DNA from: Longimicrobiales bacterium
GTDB taxonomy: Bacteria > Gemmatimonadota > Gemmatimonadetes > Longimicrobiales > Gaopeijiaceae
Length of the DNA: 64,000 bases
Assembly (NCBI GenBank): GCA_965202805.1
Contig: OZ241869.1
Coordinates: 2,592,001-2,656,000 of the forward strand
Direction: 5' to 3'
Made by a program: the position numbers and the translations under genes. Shown piece by piece: positions 37,308 through 47,068 of this stretch (the first letter of the stretch is position 1; the number at the start of each line of letters is the position of its first letter). The notes below the pieces were generated by a model. It was not told the DNA's origin, ran no database searches, and worked only from the letters and a program-made list of their open reading frames with translations.

Positions 37308-39155
37308 ATGGGACGCTTTCCTGTTTCGATGGCGACGCTCTTCGCGGCCGCGCTCCTCGTTCTGCCGCACGGCGCAGCAGCTCAGGACCGGGGCCTGGCG
37401 CGGCACCTCGACCGCGCGGCGCACCGGCCCGCGGTGCCCGGTCCCAACGGTCTGGTGACGGCAGGTCACCCGCTGGCGTCGATGGCGGGCCTCCGCATGC
37501 TCATGGCCGGAGGCAACGCCGCCGATGCCGCCGTCGCAACGCTCGCCACCCTGAACGTGGTCCGGCCCCAGATGTCCGGAATGGCCGGGAACGGGTTCGT
37601 GACCCTCTACGACCGCGTCTCCGACCGCGTGTACTCGCTGGGGGCGACCGGTGCCGCTCCCCTGGCCATCGATCCGGCGAGCCGCACGGCCGAGGAGCTG
37701 AACAAGGGAATCCACGCAGGCGTCGTCCCGGGCCTCTTCGGGGGATGGATCGCCCTTCTCGACCGCTTCGGCACCATGAGCCTGGACCAGGTGCTCGCCC
37801 CGGCCATCGGCTACGCCGAGAACGGCCATCCCATCGAGGCATCGGTGGTGGCAGCGATCGAGTCCCACAAGGAGCTCTTCGAGAGCTTCCCGTCGAGCCG
37901 GAGGATGTTCCTCCCCCTGGGCAGGGTGCCCGAGCCCGGCGAGAACTTCCGCATGCCCGATCTGGCGAACACGCTGCGGAGAGTGGTGGAAGCGGAACAC
38001 ATGGCGCTCGCGGCCGGCAAGACGCGCTCGGACGCGCTCCAGGCCGCCTTCGACCGGTTCTACCGGGGCGACATCGCCGAGGAGATGGCGCGCTTCTACA
38101 GCGAGAACGGCGGCGATTTCACCATGGAGGATTTCGCGCGCTACGAGCCCATCTGGGCGGAGCCGGTGCACACCACCTACCGGGGCTACGACGTGTACAC
38201 CAGTCCGCCCACGTCCCGCGGCGGGCTCGAGGTCACGATGCAGCTCAATCTGGTCGAGGGCTTCGACCTCGAGGCTCTCGGCCCGGGAAGCCCCGAGACC
38301 ATCCATCTGCTGGCGGAGGCGATCAAGGTCGCGAAGGCCGATATCTACGCATACGTGGCCGATCCGGCTCTGGTCGACGTGCCCGTCGACGAAATGCTCT
38401 CGAAGGACTACGCGTCGGCGCGCCGGTCCCTCATCGATCCTTCGCAGGTGATGGCGTACCCGGGGGCCGGGAATCCGGCGCGGGTCGAGGTACTCCAGCC
38501 GGGCGGCCGCGCGGCGGGGGCGGGAGCATCCGACGGGCCGGGAGACCATTTCGGCGAGCAGTCGTACGCGGGGAGCACGACCAGCTTCTCCATCGCCGAC
38601 CGGTTCGGCAACGTCATCGCGGCCACGCCCACCCACGGCGGAGGTTTCGGCACGGGCGTGGTGGTCGGCAACACAGGCCTGACCTTCAACAACGGCACGC
38701 GCATCGGTTCGACGTCGCCCTACCCCGACAACGTCAACTATGTCCGAGGGGGGCAGATTCCCATCCTCAACAACTCGCCCATCATCGTGCTCAGGGACGG
38801 GCGGTTCCATGCGGCGCTGGGAACGCCGGGCGGTGAGACGATCGGCCAGACCCAGTTTCAGGTGCTCGTGAACCTGCTCGACTTCGGGATGCCGATCCAG
38901 GAGGCCATCGCGGCGCCCCGCTTCACGCTCCGCGGGGAGCCCAACTTCTACCGGCCGGGCGCGGAGGTTCGCTTCAGCCTCGAGGATCGACTGCCCGGCG
39001 AAGTGGTCCGGACGCTCGAGGGGCTCGGCTACGCCGTGGAGCTTGCGCCCGGCTACGCCTTCGGCAGCATCCAGGGAATCACCCTGGACGCCGGGACGGG
39101 GACGCTGATGGCCGGAGCGGATCCCCGGCGCGTCGCCTACGCGGTGGGCTGGTGA
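37308..39155 (+). CDS. ggt: Gamma-glutamyltransferase family protein
   Basis: GGNAADAA, FYRGDIA, nucleophile TTSFSIAD, GTPGG, ADPRR; signal peptide. Confidence 0.9.
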   Translation: MGRFPVSMATLFAAALLVLPHGAAAQDRGLARHLDRAAHRPAVPGPNGLVTAGHPLASMAGLRMLMAGGNAADAAVATLATLNVVRPQMSGMAGNGFVTLYDRVSDRVYSLGATGAAPLAIDPASRTAEELNKGIHAGVVPGLFGGWIALLDRFGTMSLDQVLAPAIGYAENGHPIEASVVAAIESHKELFESFPSSRRMFLPLGRVPEPGENFRMPDLANTLRRVVEAEHMALAAGKTRSDALQAAFDRFYRGDIAEEMARFYSENGGDFTMEDFARYEPIWAEPVHTTYRGYDVYTSPPTSRGGLEVTMQLNLVEGFDLEALGPGSPETIHLLAEAIKVAKADIYAYVADPALVDVPVDEMLSKDYASARRSLIDPSQVMAYPGAGNPARVEVLQPGGRAAGAGASDGPGDHFGEQSYAGSTTSFSIADRFGNVIAATPTHGGGFGTGVVVGNTGLTFNNGTRIGSTSPYPDNVNYVRGGQIPILNNSPIIVLRDGRFHAALGTPGGETIGQTQFQVLVNLLDFGMPIQEAIAAPRFTLRGEPNFYRPGAEVRFSLEDRLPGEVVRTLEGLGYAVELAPGYAFGSIQGITLDAGTGTLMAGADPRRVAYAVGW

Positions 39156-39167
39156 GGAGACCCGCCC

Positions 39168-42100
39168 TTAGTCCGCGAACGCCGCCCGGATAATGCGCCG
39201 CTGGCCCTTCATGTGGTCGGACATCTTGCCCTCCGCGGGGCTGGACCACTCGGGACGCGCAACCTGACGTAACGTCAGGGTTTCGGGCAGCAGGGCCCGC
39301 AGCAGGGGTTCGACATACGGGCGGGCGCCCATGTTGCGGGGCTCTTCCTGGGCCCATACGACCGCCCTCAGGGCCGGCAGGCCCGACACCAGCTCCGCGA
39401 TCTCGCGACGCGGGAAGGGATAGAGTTGCTCGACCCTGGCCAGCACCGTGTCCCTCGCGTGCGCGCGCTCCTCGCTCGCGAGTAGGTCGTAGTAGATCTT
39501 GCCGCTGCACAGGATGAGCCGGGTGGCGGATCCGCGGGCCTTGTCCCCGACTTCCTCGGGCAGCACCGGACGGAAGCCTCCGCGGGTGAGGTCCGAGACC
39601 TTGGAGCGGGCCAGCTTGTGGCGCAGAAGGCTCTTCGGGGTCATGACCACGAGCGGACGCTCGGGGGTGTGCGCCTGGTGACGGAAAAGGTGGAAGTACT
39701 GGGCGGAGGTGGTGGGATTGGCGATCCGCATGTTGCCGGCGGCGCACATCTGCAGGAAGCGCTCCAGGCGCGCGCTCGAGTGCTCCGGACCGCGTCCCTC
39801 GTACCCGTGCGGCAGCAGCAGCACGAGGCGGGAGAGCTGTCCCCACTTCGACTGCCCCGACACCACGAACTGGTCGATGATGGGCTGGGCCACGTTTACG
39901 AAGTCGCCGAACTGGGCCTCCCAGATGACCAGATCGCTGTCCGCGCCCACGCTGTAGCCGTACTCGAAGCCCAGCACCGCGGTCTCCGACAGCGGCGAGT
40001 TGTGGATCTCGAAGCGGGCGCCGCCCAGGGCCGCCAGCGGCGCGTGCGTGGAGCCGGTGTCGGCGTCGTGGAAGACGAGATGACGATGGCTGAAGGTGCC
40101 GCGCTGCGCATCCTGCCCGCTGAAGCGGATGGGCACCCCGTCCCGGAGCAGCGAACCCAGGGCCAGCACCTCGGCGTGGGCCCACTCCAGCGGGGACTCC
40201 CCGGTGAAGTCGCTCCGGCTCCGGTCCAGTTGCCGGCGCAGCTTGCGGTTGATGGCGAACCCCTCCGGGACGGCCGTCGAGGCTGCGTTGATCTCCGCGA
40301 GGGCCGCAAACGGGATGGCGGGCGCGCCGGCATCGCGGCTCCACGCTTCCGCCGGATCCCCATCGTCTTCCGGCGCGGCGTCGGAGTCGGAGCCGGGTGC
40401 TTCTCCCGGGGACGGCGCCGGCGAACCGGCTCCGGCCTTCGCGGGTTGGCCCGACGGCTTCGCCGCGCTCGCCGCCACCAGCGCCTCCCGCAGGCGATCG
40501 GTGGCGTCGCGCCGGGCCCGGGCGACCTCGTCCGCGGTCACGATCCCGGCCTTCACCAGCCCCTCGGCATACAGGGTGAACACGGTGGGATGCGCCCGGA
40601 TGCGCTCGTACAGGCGCGGTTGGGTGTAGGCCGGATCGTCCCCCTCGTTGTGTCCATGCCGGCGATAGCCGATCAGGTCCACCACGATGTCGTCGTGGAA
40701 TTCCGCCCGGTACGCCATCGCCAGGCGCATCGCGGTGAGGCAGGCGGGAGGATCGTCGGCGTTCACGCGCAGGACCGGGATGTCGTAGCCCTTGGCGAGA
40801 TCGGAGGCATAGCGGGTGGAGCGGCCCTGTTCGGGGTTGGTGGTGAAGCCGATCTGGTTGTTGACGATCAGGTGCACCACGCCGCCCGTCGCGTATCCCG
40901 CCAGCCGGGCCAGGTTGAGCGACTCCGCCACCACGCCCTCGGCGGCGAAGGCGGCATCGCCGTGGATGAGGAGCGGGACCACCGCGGCCGTGTCCTGCCG
41001 GTCATCCTGGCGGGGACCGGTGAACTGGCGTGCCCGGGCCACCCCCGCCACCACCGGATTGATGAACTCCAGGTGGCTCGGGTTGGGGGCGAGCGTGACC
41101 CGCACCGTGCTTCCGTCGCGCAGGACGTGGTCGCGGCGGGCGCCGTGATGGTACTTCACGTCCCCGATCCCGCTCTCGTCGTCGGGCAGGGTCAGGATGC
41201 CGTCCGCGGCCGGGGCCGCGCCTTCGAACTGGCGCAGGATCTCGTCGTAGCCGACGCCCACGCTGTGCGCGAGCACGTTGAGCCGGCCCCGGTGGGCCAT
41301 TCCCATCACGACTTCCCGGCAGCCCCGCGCCGCCGCCTCTTCGAGCACCAGGTCCACCATGGGCACGAGCATGTCGTTCCCTTCGAGAGAGAACCGCACC
41401 TGCCCCGGATAGACGCGGTGCAGGAACTGTTCGAGGCCTTCCACCCGGGCGAGGCGGATCAGCAGCTCCACCTGGTCTTCGCGGGCCGGCGGCTGCGCGT
41501 GGGCGCCCGATTCCACCTGGTTCCAGAGCCAGCGCACCCGCTCCGGCGATTCCAGGTGCTCGAACTGGTATCCGATGGATCCGCACCAGGCGCGCTCCAG
41601 CCGCCTCAGGTAGTCCGGCACCCGTTCGTCATCGTCGCCGAGGACGGTGGAGGCGGGGAGCGCCTCCAGCTGCTCCATGCTGGTGCCGAAGAAGGAGGGA
41701 TCGAGCTGCGGGTGCCCCGGGGGATCGCTCCCGAGCGGATCGATGCGGGCCAGCTGGTGACCGTGGTCGCGGAAGGCCTGCACGAGCGAGGTGGCCCGGG
41801 CGACGAGATGGAGGAGCTCCTGCATCGCGCGCAGGGTGGCACTGCGGTCCGCTGCGGGGGCGGGGGGCGGGGCGGGGCGGGAGGATGCGTCCCCGGGCGC
41901 CGGAGCCTCGGAGGGGCTGAGCGGGCGTCCGGATGGCTCAACGGGACCGGACGGAGCGGGCGCAGGGCGTGGCGATGGTGCGCGGGGCGGGCGCTCCGAT
42001 GTGCGGATGGGGCGGGCGGGCGCGGGGGCGGGCGCAGGCGTGTGCGCCGGGGACCGTTCCGCGGCCTCCCTCGAGAAAATCGAGCGCCAGCGGGCGGAGA

Positions 42101-42185
42101 CGGATTCCGGATCCTCCAGATACCGTTGGAACAGCTCCTCCACGTATCCGGCGTTCGGCCCAGTGAATAATTCGGACGACGGCAT
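39168..42185 (-). CDS. sucA: 2-oxoglutarate dehydrogenase E1 component
   Basis: NAGYVEEL, GMAHRGRLN, GDVKYH, NPSHLE, HGDAAF, NNQIGFTT, RGTFSHRH, WEAQFGDF, PEHSSARLER; alternative start 42197. Confidence 0.96.
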   Translation of the reverse strand: MPSSELFTGPNAGYVEELFQRYLEDPESVSARWRSIFSREAAERSPAHTPAPAPAPARPIRTSERPPRAPSPRPAPAPSGPVEPSGRPLSPSEAPAPGDASSRPAPPPAPAADRSATLRAMQELLHLVARATSLVQAFRDHGHQLARIDPLGSDPPGHPQLDPSFFGTSMEQLEALPASTVLGDDDERVPDYLRRLERAWCGSIGYQFEHLESPERVRWLWNQVESGAHAQPPAREDQVELLIRLARVEGLEQFLHRVYPGQVRFSLEGNDMLVPMVDLVLEEAAARGCREVVMGMAHRGRLNVLAHSVGVGYDEILRQFEGAAPAADGILTLPDDESGIGDVKYHHGARRDHVLRDGSTVRVTLAPNPSHLEFINPVVAGVARARQFTGPRQDDRQDTAAVVPLLIHGDAAFAAEGVVAESLNLARLAGYATGGVVHLIVNNQIGFTTNPEQGRSTRYASDLAKGYDIPVLRVNADDPPACLTAMRLAMAYRAEFHDDIVVDLIGYRRHGHNEGDDPAYTQPRLYERIRAHPTVFTLYAEGLVKAGIVTADEVARARRDATDRLREALVAASAAKPSGQPAKAGAGSPAPSPGEAPGSDSDAAPEDDGDPAEAWSRDAGAPAIPFAALAEINAASTAVPEGFAINRKLRRQLDRSRSDFTGESPLEWAHAEVLALGSLLRDGVPIRFSGQDAQRGTFSHRHLVFHDADTGSTHAPLAALGGARFEIHNSPLSETAVLGFEYGYSVGADSDLVIWEAQFGDFVNVAQPIIDQFVVSGQSKWGQLSRLVLLLPHGYEGRGPEHSSARLERFLQMCAAGNMRIANPTTSAQYFHLFRHQAHTPERPLVVMTPKSLLRHKLARSKVSDLTRGGFRPVLPEEVGDKARGSATRLILCSGKIYYDLLASEERAHARDTVLARVEQLYPFPRREIAELVSGLPALRAVVWAQEEPRNMGARPYVEPLLRALLPETLTLRQVARPEWSSPAEGKMSDHMKGQRRIIRAAFAD

Positions 42186-42435
42186 GACTCGCGACATCTT
42201 CCCCTGCGGACAGCAGCGTTGGAGGGAGTGGAAGATAACCGCAACACCTTCCAAGTTGTACAGACCGCGCGTCCACCGACGTGCGGGCGGACGGCGCGGG
42301 AGCGCGGGCGGGAACGTCGCTCCCTCCTGGCGGGCCGTCCCGCAACGACAGCGCCGCCGCGCCATCCCCGCGCCCGGAGAAAGCTTGCCCCACCCGCCCC
42401 CACGCACCGCCCCGGGCCACGGACCCGTCCACCGG

Positions 42436-43389
42436 GTGACCGAGGAGATACGGGGTGGTCGGATTCCCCTGTGCGTGCACCCGGAGTGGGGGCGCGCCCT
42501 TCCGTGGGTCGTCCAGGGGACCACGGTCCGCACCCGCGCCGAAATCAGGCAGCCCGCCCACGACCGGGCCGGACGCACCCGCGCCGAGGTCGGGCGAACC
42601 GCCCCCTACCGCGCCGGACGCACCCGTGCCGATGAACGCCCGCCCGCCCGAGCCCGCGAACGCCCGGCCGCGCGCGCCGACAGCGGAGAACGCGAAGACG
42701 TCGACTTCGGGCTGTTCACGGGTGCGCCGGCGGGCGCGGTGATGAAGCGGTGGGAACTGCTCGCCGAGGATACCGGGTGCGAGAGCCTGGTGCACGCCCG
42801 CCAGGTCCACGGGCGCGCGATCACCCTGCACGAGGCAACCCCGCGAGGCCTCCTCCTGGCTCCGCCGTGCGACGGACACGCCACGCGCCGGCCCGGCACG
42901 CTGCTCGCCGTCTCCGTGGCCGACTGCGTTCCCGTCTTCGTGGTCGCCCCGGGCGCCCGCGCAGTGATGCTGCTTCACGCGGGGTGGAGGGGGGTGGCGA
43001 GCGGAATCCTGGAGGCGGGCCTTGCGATGCTGGAACGGGACTTCGGCACCCATGTCCGTGAGACCCGCATGCACATGGGACCGGCCATCTGCGGGGACTG
43101 CTACGAAGTGGGGCGCGAGGTGCACGAGGCGCTGGGGCTGCCGCGGCCGGCATCCCCCCGCGAGCCGGTCGATCTTCGGCGCGCACTCCTCCGCCGCGCC
43201 CTCGCCGCCGGCGCCGATCCCGCGCACCTGACGACCTCGACGTTTTGCACCCGGTGCGCGGACGCGCCATTCTTCTCGCACAGAGGTGGAGATGCCGGCC
43301 GCCAGTTAGCGGTGCTGGGCATCGCCCCGAACGACGCCGTCTCCCCACGGGGGGAAGGGTCCCCCGGACACCGCCGGGAGCCGAGCTAG
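42436..43389 (+). CDS. pgeF: PgeF/YfiH (laccase-domain) family protein; start uncertain
   Basis: QVHG, VADCVP, HAGWRG, GPAICGDCYEVG, CT..FFSHR. Confidence 0.85.
   Translation: MTEEIRGGRIPLCVHPEWGRALPWVVQGTTVRTRAEIRQPAHDRAGRTRAEVGRTAPYRAGRTRADERPPARARERPAARADSGEREDVDFGLFTGAPAGAVMKRWELLAEDTGCESLVHARQVHGRAITLHEATPRGLLLAPPCDGHATRRPGTLLAVSVADCVPVFVVAPGARAVMLLHAGWRGVASGILEAGLAMLERDFGTHVRETRMHMGPAICGDCYEVGREVHEALGLPRPASPREPVDLRRALLRRALAAGADPAHLTTSTFCTRCADAPFFSHRGGDAGRQLAVLGIAPNDAVSPRGEGSPGHRREPS
42529..42632 (+). repeat. 45-nt tandem repeat inserted in pgeF
   Basis: RTRAEIRQPAHDRAG / RTRAEVGRTAPYRAG / RTRAD. Confidence 0.7.
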
Positions 43390-43676
43390 TGGACCGTTCC
43401 TTGCAGGGATTGCGCGCGGATCCGTCGGTGGGGCTTTGCTCGGTCTGCGCGCACAGCAGGGTGACGGGAAACCGGAGAGGCTCCATCTTCTGGCTCTGCC
43501 GGCTCTCGACCGACGACGCGCGCTTCCGGCGCTACCCGCGCCTTCCGGTGGCGCGCTGCCCGGGATTCGAACCGGCCACGGCCGGAAGGGCGGACGACGA
43601 CGGGGAGGACCAGGAACTGCAGGCTCGACAAGGCGAAGACGCAACAACCCAACCGAACCGGGAGAACCGGAAATGA
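43389..43676 (+). CDS. Small four-Cys protein
   Basis: GLCSVCAH...WLCRLS...YPRLPVARCPGF; overlaps the pgeF stop and the next ATG. Confidence 0.65.
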   Translation: MDRSLQGLRADPSVGLCSVCAHSRVTGNRRGSIFWLCRLSTDDARFRRYPRLPVARCPGFEPATAGRADDDGEDQELQARQGEDATTQPNRENRK

Positions 43677-44149
43677 GCGAACCCTTCTACGTGTCCAGAG
43701 TGGAATTCGAAAAAGTGGCCGGTGCGCGCAGGCGCGGCCGGCTTCCCGCGGGAACCACGGTTGAGCTCGGCGTCCACGGGCCGGTGAAGAGCCACTACCG
43801 GCTCGACGCCGAACCGGATCAGCCCCTCGCAGTGGACTACGTCGTCGCCGCCGCGGGCGGGTGACTGCTCGGAACCCTCAACGGCGCACTGGAGGTGCGC
43901 GGGATCAGCCTCACCCCGGACCAGATCAGCGCCCGGGCGGAAGGAATCAACGAGATGGCGGGCAGACTGCCCTTGCTCAGGCGCATTCACGTTCACTACC
44001 GGCTCTCGATCCCCGAGGGATCGCGCGCTCCCACCGACCGGGCCCTCGCCAGCCATGTGGACAAGTGCCCCACGGCCGCGAGCCTGCGCGGCGCCATCGA
44101 CATCACCTGGAGCGCGGACATCGTCGAGCACGCCGCAGGCAACGCGTGA
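43673..44149 (+). CDS. OsmC/Ohr-like protein, probable selenoprotein (UGA at 43862-43864)
   Basis: DYVVAAAGG-UGA-LLGTL...DKCPTAASL; the UGA sits at the first catalytic Cys of the OsmC family; joins ORFs 43436..43864 and 43895..44149 in frame. Confidence 0.85.
43884..43900 (+). promoter_or_regulatory. Putative bacterial SECIS element
   Basis: GCGCAC-TGGAG-GTGCGC stem-loop starting 19 nt after the UGA. Confidence 0.65.
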
Positions 44150-44245
44150 TCGAGCGCCTGGACAGGCGGCGGCCCAACCCGGCGACGATCGGGCACGGTC
44201 CCGCGACGCGCGTGCCCTCCGCTCCCGCATCGGCTGAGCGATCCC

Positions 44246-45814
44246 GTGCCTGAACTGCTGGCGCAGACGATCATCGGCCTCTCCCTGGCGGTCCTGGCCC
44301 TGCTGCTGCCGTTCGCCGCCCACCGGACCTACCTGCTGCTGCTCAGCCGACGGCCGCCCCCGGAGCTGCCGCGCAGGTGGTCGGGCCGGTTGCCGCCGGT
44401 CACCGTCCAGCTCCCCCTGTACAACGAGGCTCCCGTCGCCCGCCGGGTAATCGACGCCGCGTGCTCGCTCGACTATCCGGCCCGCGCCCTCGAGATCCAG
44501 GTGCTGGACGACTCGACCGACGAAACCGTGGACCTCGTCGCCCGGCGGGTGGCGTGGTGGCGGGCCCGGGGCGTGAACGTCTGCCACATCCGCCGCCGGC
44601 AGCGCTCAGGGTTCAAGGCGGGCGCCCTGGCCGCGGGCGTACGCCGGGCCCACGGCGAGTTTCTGCTGGTGCTGGACTCGGACTTCGTACCCCGGCCGGA
44701 TCTCGTCAGGAAGCTGCTGCCGCCCTTCCAGGAGCCGCGCGTCGGGATGGTTCAGGCCCGCTGGGATCACCTCAACGAAGACACCAACTGGCTCACGCGC
44801 GCGCAGAGCCTGCTGCTCGACGGGCACTTCTTCTTCGAGCACGGAGGACGCTACCGGGGTGGTCTCTTCTTCAACTTCAACGGCACCGCCGGCATGTGGC
44901 GGCGCCGCTGCCTCGAGGACGCGGGCGGATGGCAGGCGGACACCCTCACCGAGGACCTCGACATCAGCTACCGCGCGCAGATGCAGGGCTGGCGCTTCGT
45001 CTTCCTCGAGGACATCGGGGTTCCCGCGGAGTTGCCGGACCAGACGGGGGCCTTCGAGATCCAGCAGCGGCGGTGGTCCCAGGGGGGGATTCAGACGGCG
45101 CGCAAGCTCCTCCCGGAACTGCTGCGCGGCCCCTGGCGGCTCTCCGTGAAGAAGGAGGCGGTGATCCATCTGTGCGGGCACGTCGCCTACCCGCTCACGC
45201 TGCTCCTCGGGCTCCTGATCTATCCCTCCGCCCTGGCCCGGCGCGCGCTCAGCGGGGAGGAGTTCCTCTTCATCGACCTGGTCATCTTCTTCGTGGCAAC
45301 CATCCCCTTCGTCATCTACTACACCGCCGCGGGCCGAAAGCGGAGCCGTCCCTGGGGGGACCTGCTCCCCGCGGTGGCCGTGACCCTGGCGACGGGCGTC
45401 GGGCTGACGGCGCCGGCGACGCGCGCGGTGCTGCGCGGTCTGGCGGGACGCCGGGACGGTTTCGCCCGAACGCCCAAGAAGGGCAGCGGCGGGTCGGTTC
45501 GCGAGCGTCCCGGAAGCAAGACCCCGGACACCCTGTTCAAGCTGACGCTGGCGCTGGTGATGAGCTTCTTCGTGGGCGCCGCGATCCAGGCCCGGCTATA
45601 CGCCTCCGTCCCGTTCCTGCTGCTCTTCGCCGTGGGCTACTGGAGCCTGGGGGTCGGCGGCCTGAAGCTCCTTGGAAGGGACGCGCGCGTCCCAAAAGAG
45701 CAGGGCGTAGAAGGGAAGCCAGAGGAGGAGGACCGTCCACAGGGGCCTCGGCCACTCCCCGATCTCCAGGTAGGTCCCCAGACCCACGTACGTGACGAAT
45801 GCGAGGCCGCTTAG
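44246..45814 (+). CDS. Processive GT2 glycosyltransferase (cellulose synthase-like)
   Basis: VQLPLYNE, LDDSTD, GFKAGAL, LDSD, TLTED, QQRRW, C-terminal TM segments. Confidence 0.92.
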   Translation: MPELLAQTIIGLSLAVLALLLPFAAHRTYLLLLSRRPPPELPRRWSGRLPPVTVQLPLYNEAPVARRVIDAACSLDYPARALEIQVLDDSTDETVDLVARRVAWWRARGVNVCHIRRRQRSGFKAGALAAGVRRAHGEFLLVLDSDFVPRPDLVRKLLPPFQEPRVGMVQARWDHLNEDTNWLTRAQSLLLDGHFFFEHGGRYRGGLFFNFNGTAGMWRRRCLEDAGGWQADTLTEDLDISYRAQMQGWRFVFLEDIGVPAELPDQTGAFEIQQRRWSQGGIQTARKLLPELLRGPWRLSVKKEAVIHLCGHVAYPLTLLLGLLIYPSALARRALSGEEFLFIDLVIFFVATIPFVIYYTAAGRKRSRPWGDLLPAVAVTLATGVGLTAPATRAVLRGLAGRRDGFARTPKKGSGGSVRERPGSKTPDTLFKLTLALVMSFFVGAAIQARLYASVPFLLLFAVGYWSLGVGGLKLLGRDARVPKEQGVEGKPEEEDRPQGPRPLPDLQVGPQTHVRDECEAA

Positions 45815-47038
45815 CAGGATCCAGGCGCGGTTCCGGCGCAGGGCCGCGAAGGGCAGGATCCAGAGGGCGTACCATGGGTGGAAGGTGGGCGAGAGCAGAA
45901 GCCCCGCGCCGAGAATCCAGAAGAGAGCCCGCTCGGCGTCGAAGTTGCGGAGCGTCGCCCAGGCCACGACCGCGAGCACGAGCGCCCCGGACAGGTAGCG
46001 GGACGCCATCGGCCCCGGCAGAGCGGCTTCGATGACGGCGAACGCCCCCTCGTACGCGCGCCAGTGTTCCGCATAGGTGGCGAGGCCGGCCCAGAGCGCG
46101 GATCCCGCCTCGGCATAGGGAAGATGGAAGAGCACCAGCACTACCACGCACGCCGCGAACACGCGCACTCCGTAGCGACGGGTGAGCGCCGGCAGGACGG
46201 CGATGGGCGCGAACTTGGTCAGGGTCGCCAGGGCCAGCACGGTCCCCATCGCCCACGGCGTCCAGGACCTCGATGCGAAGCGCGCGCCGGAGGGGCCGGC
46301 GTTGGCGTCGCCGGAGACGGGACCGGTGTCGGGCGCGGCCGGGGCGTCGGCGGCGGACCCGGGCGTCCCGCGCGCGGGCAGGGCGAGGGCAACCACGACC
46401 ACGAGCAGGAGGATGCCGAGGGACTCGAAGTGTCCGCTCCAGGCCGTCTCGACCACCAGCAGCGGCGACCACGCAAACAGGACGAGGGTCCCGGCCACCG
46501 GGCGACCGGTCCGGCGCGCCACCTTCCCCAGCAGCAGACAGGCCGCCAGGTCGGCGAGCGTCCACAGCACCTTGAGTGCGAGCATCGACCCGCCGGCGAG
46601 CGCGCCCGCCGCGAAGACCACCTGGGCGAAGGGCGGGTAGATGGTGGAGATGGAGGGATTGTTGATGCGCGCGTGCCAGGCGGTGCGAATGGACTCCAGC
46701 TCCGGCGCATCCGGGGGGTACAGGTAGGGGTTGATGCCCGCCGCCTGCACGTGTCCGTCCCAGAGGTAGCGGTAGATGTCGTCGGACAGAAACGGCACGC
46801 ACGGGAGTAGGACCACACGGAAGAGGATGGCGAAGCCCCAGATGAGGCGGGTGTCGGCGCGCTCGTCGAACGCGGCAAACGCCACCCCCCAGTAGGCCGC
46901 GAACGCACCTGCAAGGAGCGCGAGGCGTGGAAAGGGAACCCCGGCTTCGGGCCACCAGCCCAGAGCTGCCAGAAAAGCAAGTTCCAGCAGGCCGAGGACG
47001 ATCAGCGGGCGCGCGCTGCCGCCACGGAACCAGCTCAC
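45596..47038 (-). CDS. GT-C-type (GT87/DUF2029-like) membrane glycosyltransferase
   Basis: LSDDIYRYLWDG, GINPY, TIYPP, GHFES, SPTFHPWY; many TM segments. Confidence 0.85.
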   Translation of the reverse strand: MSWFRGGSARPLIVLGLLELAFLAALGWWPEAGVPFPRLALLAGAFAAYWGVAFAAFDERADTRLIWGFAILFRVVLLPCVPFLSDDIYRYLWDGHVQAAGINPYLYPPDAPELESIRTAWHARINNPSISTIYPPFAQVVFAAGALAGGSMLALKVLWTLADLAACLLLGKVARRTGRPVAGTLVLFAWSPLLVVETAWSGHFESLGILLLVVVVALALPARGTPGSAADAPAAPDTGPVSGDANAGPSGARFASRSWTPWAMGTVLALATLTKFAPIAVLPALTRRYGVRVFAACVVVLVLFHLPYAEAGSALWAGLATYAEHWRAYEGAFAVIEAALPGPMASRYLSGALVLAVVAWATLRNFDAERALFWILGAGLLLSPTFHPWYALWILPFAALRRNRAWILLSGLAFVTYVGLGTYLEIGEWPRPLWTVLLLWLPFYALLFWDARVPSKELQAADPQAPVAHGEEQQERDGGV

Positions 47039-47068
47039 CGTCCCCGCGCTCCTGACCGCCCGCCCGCC

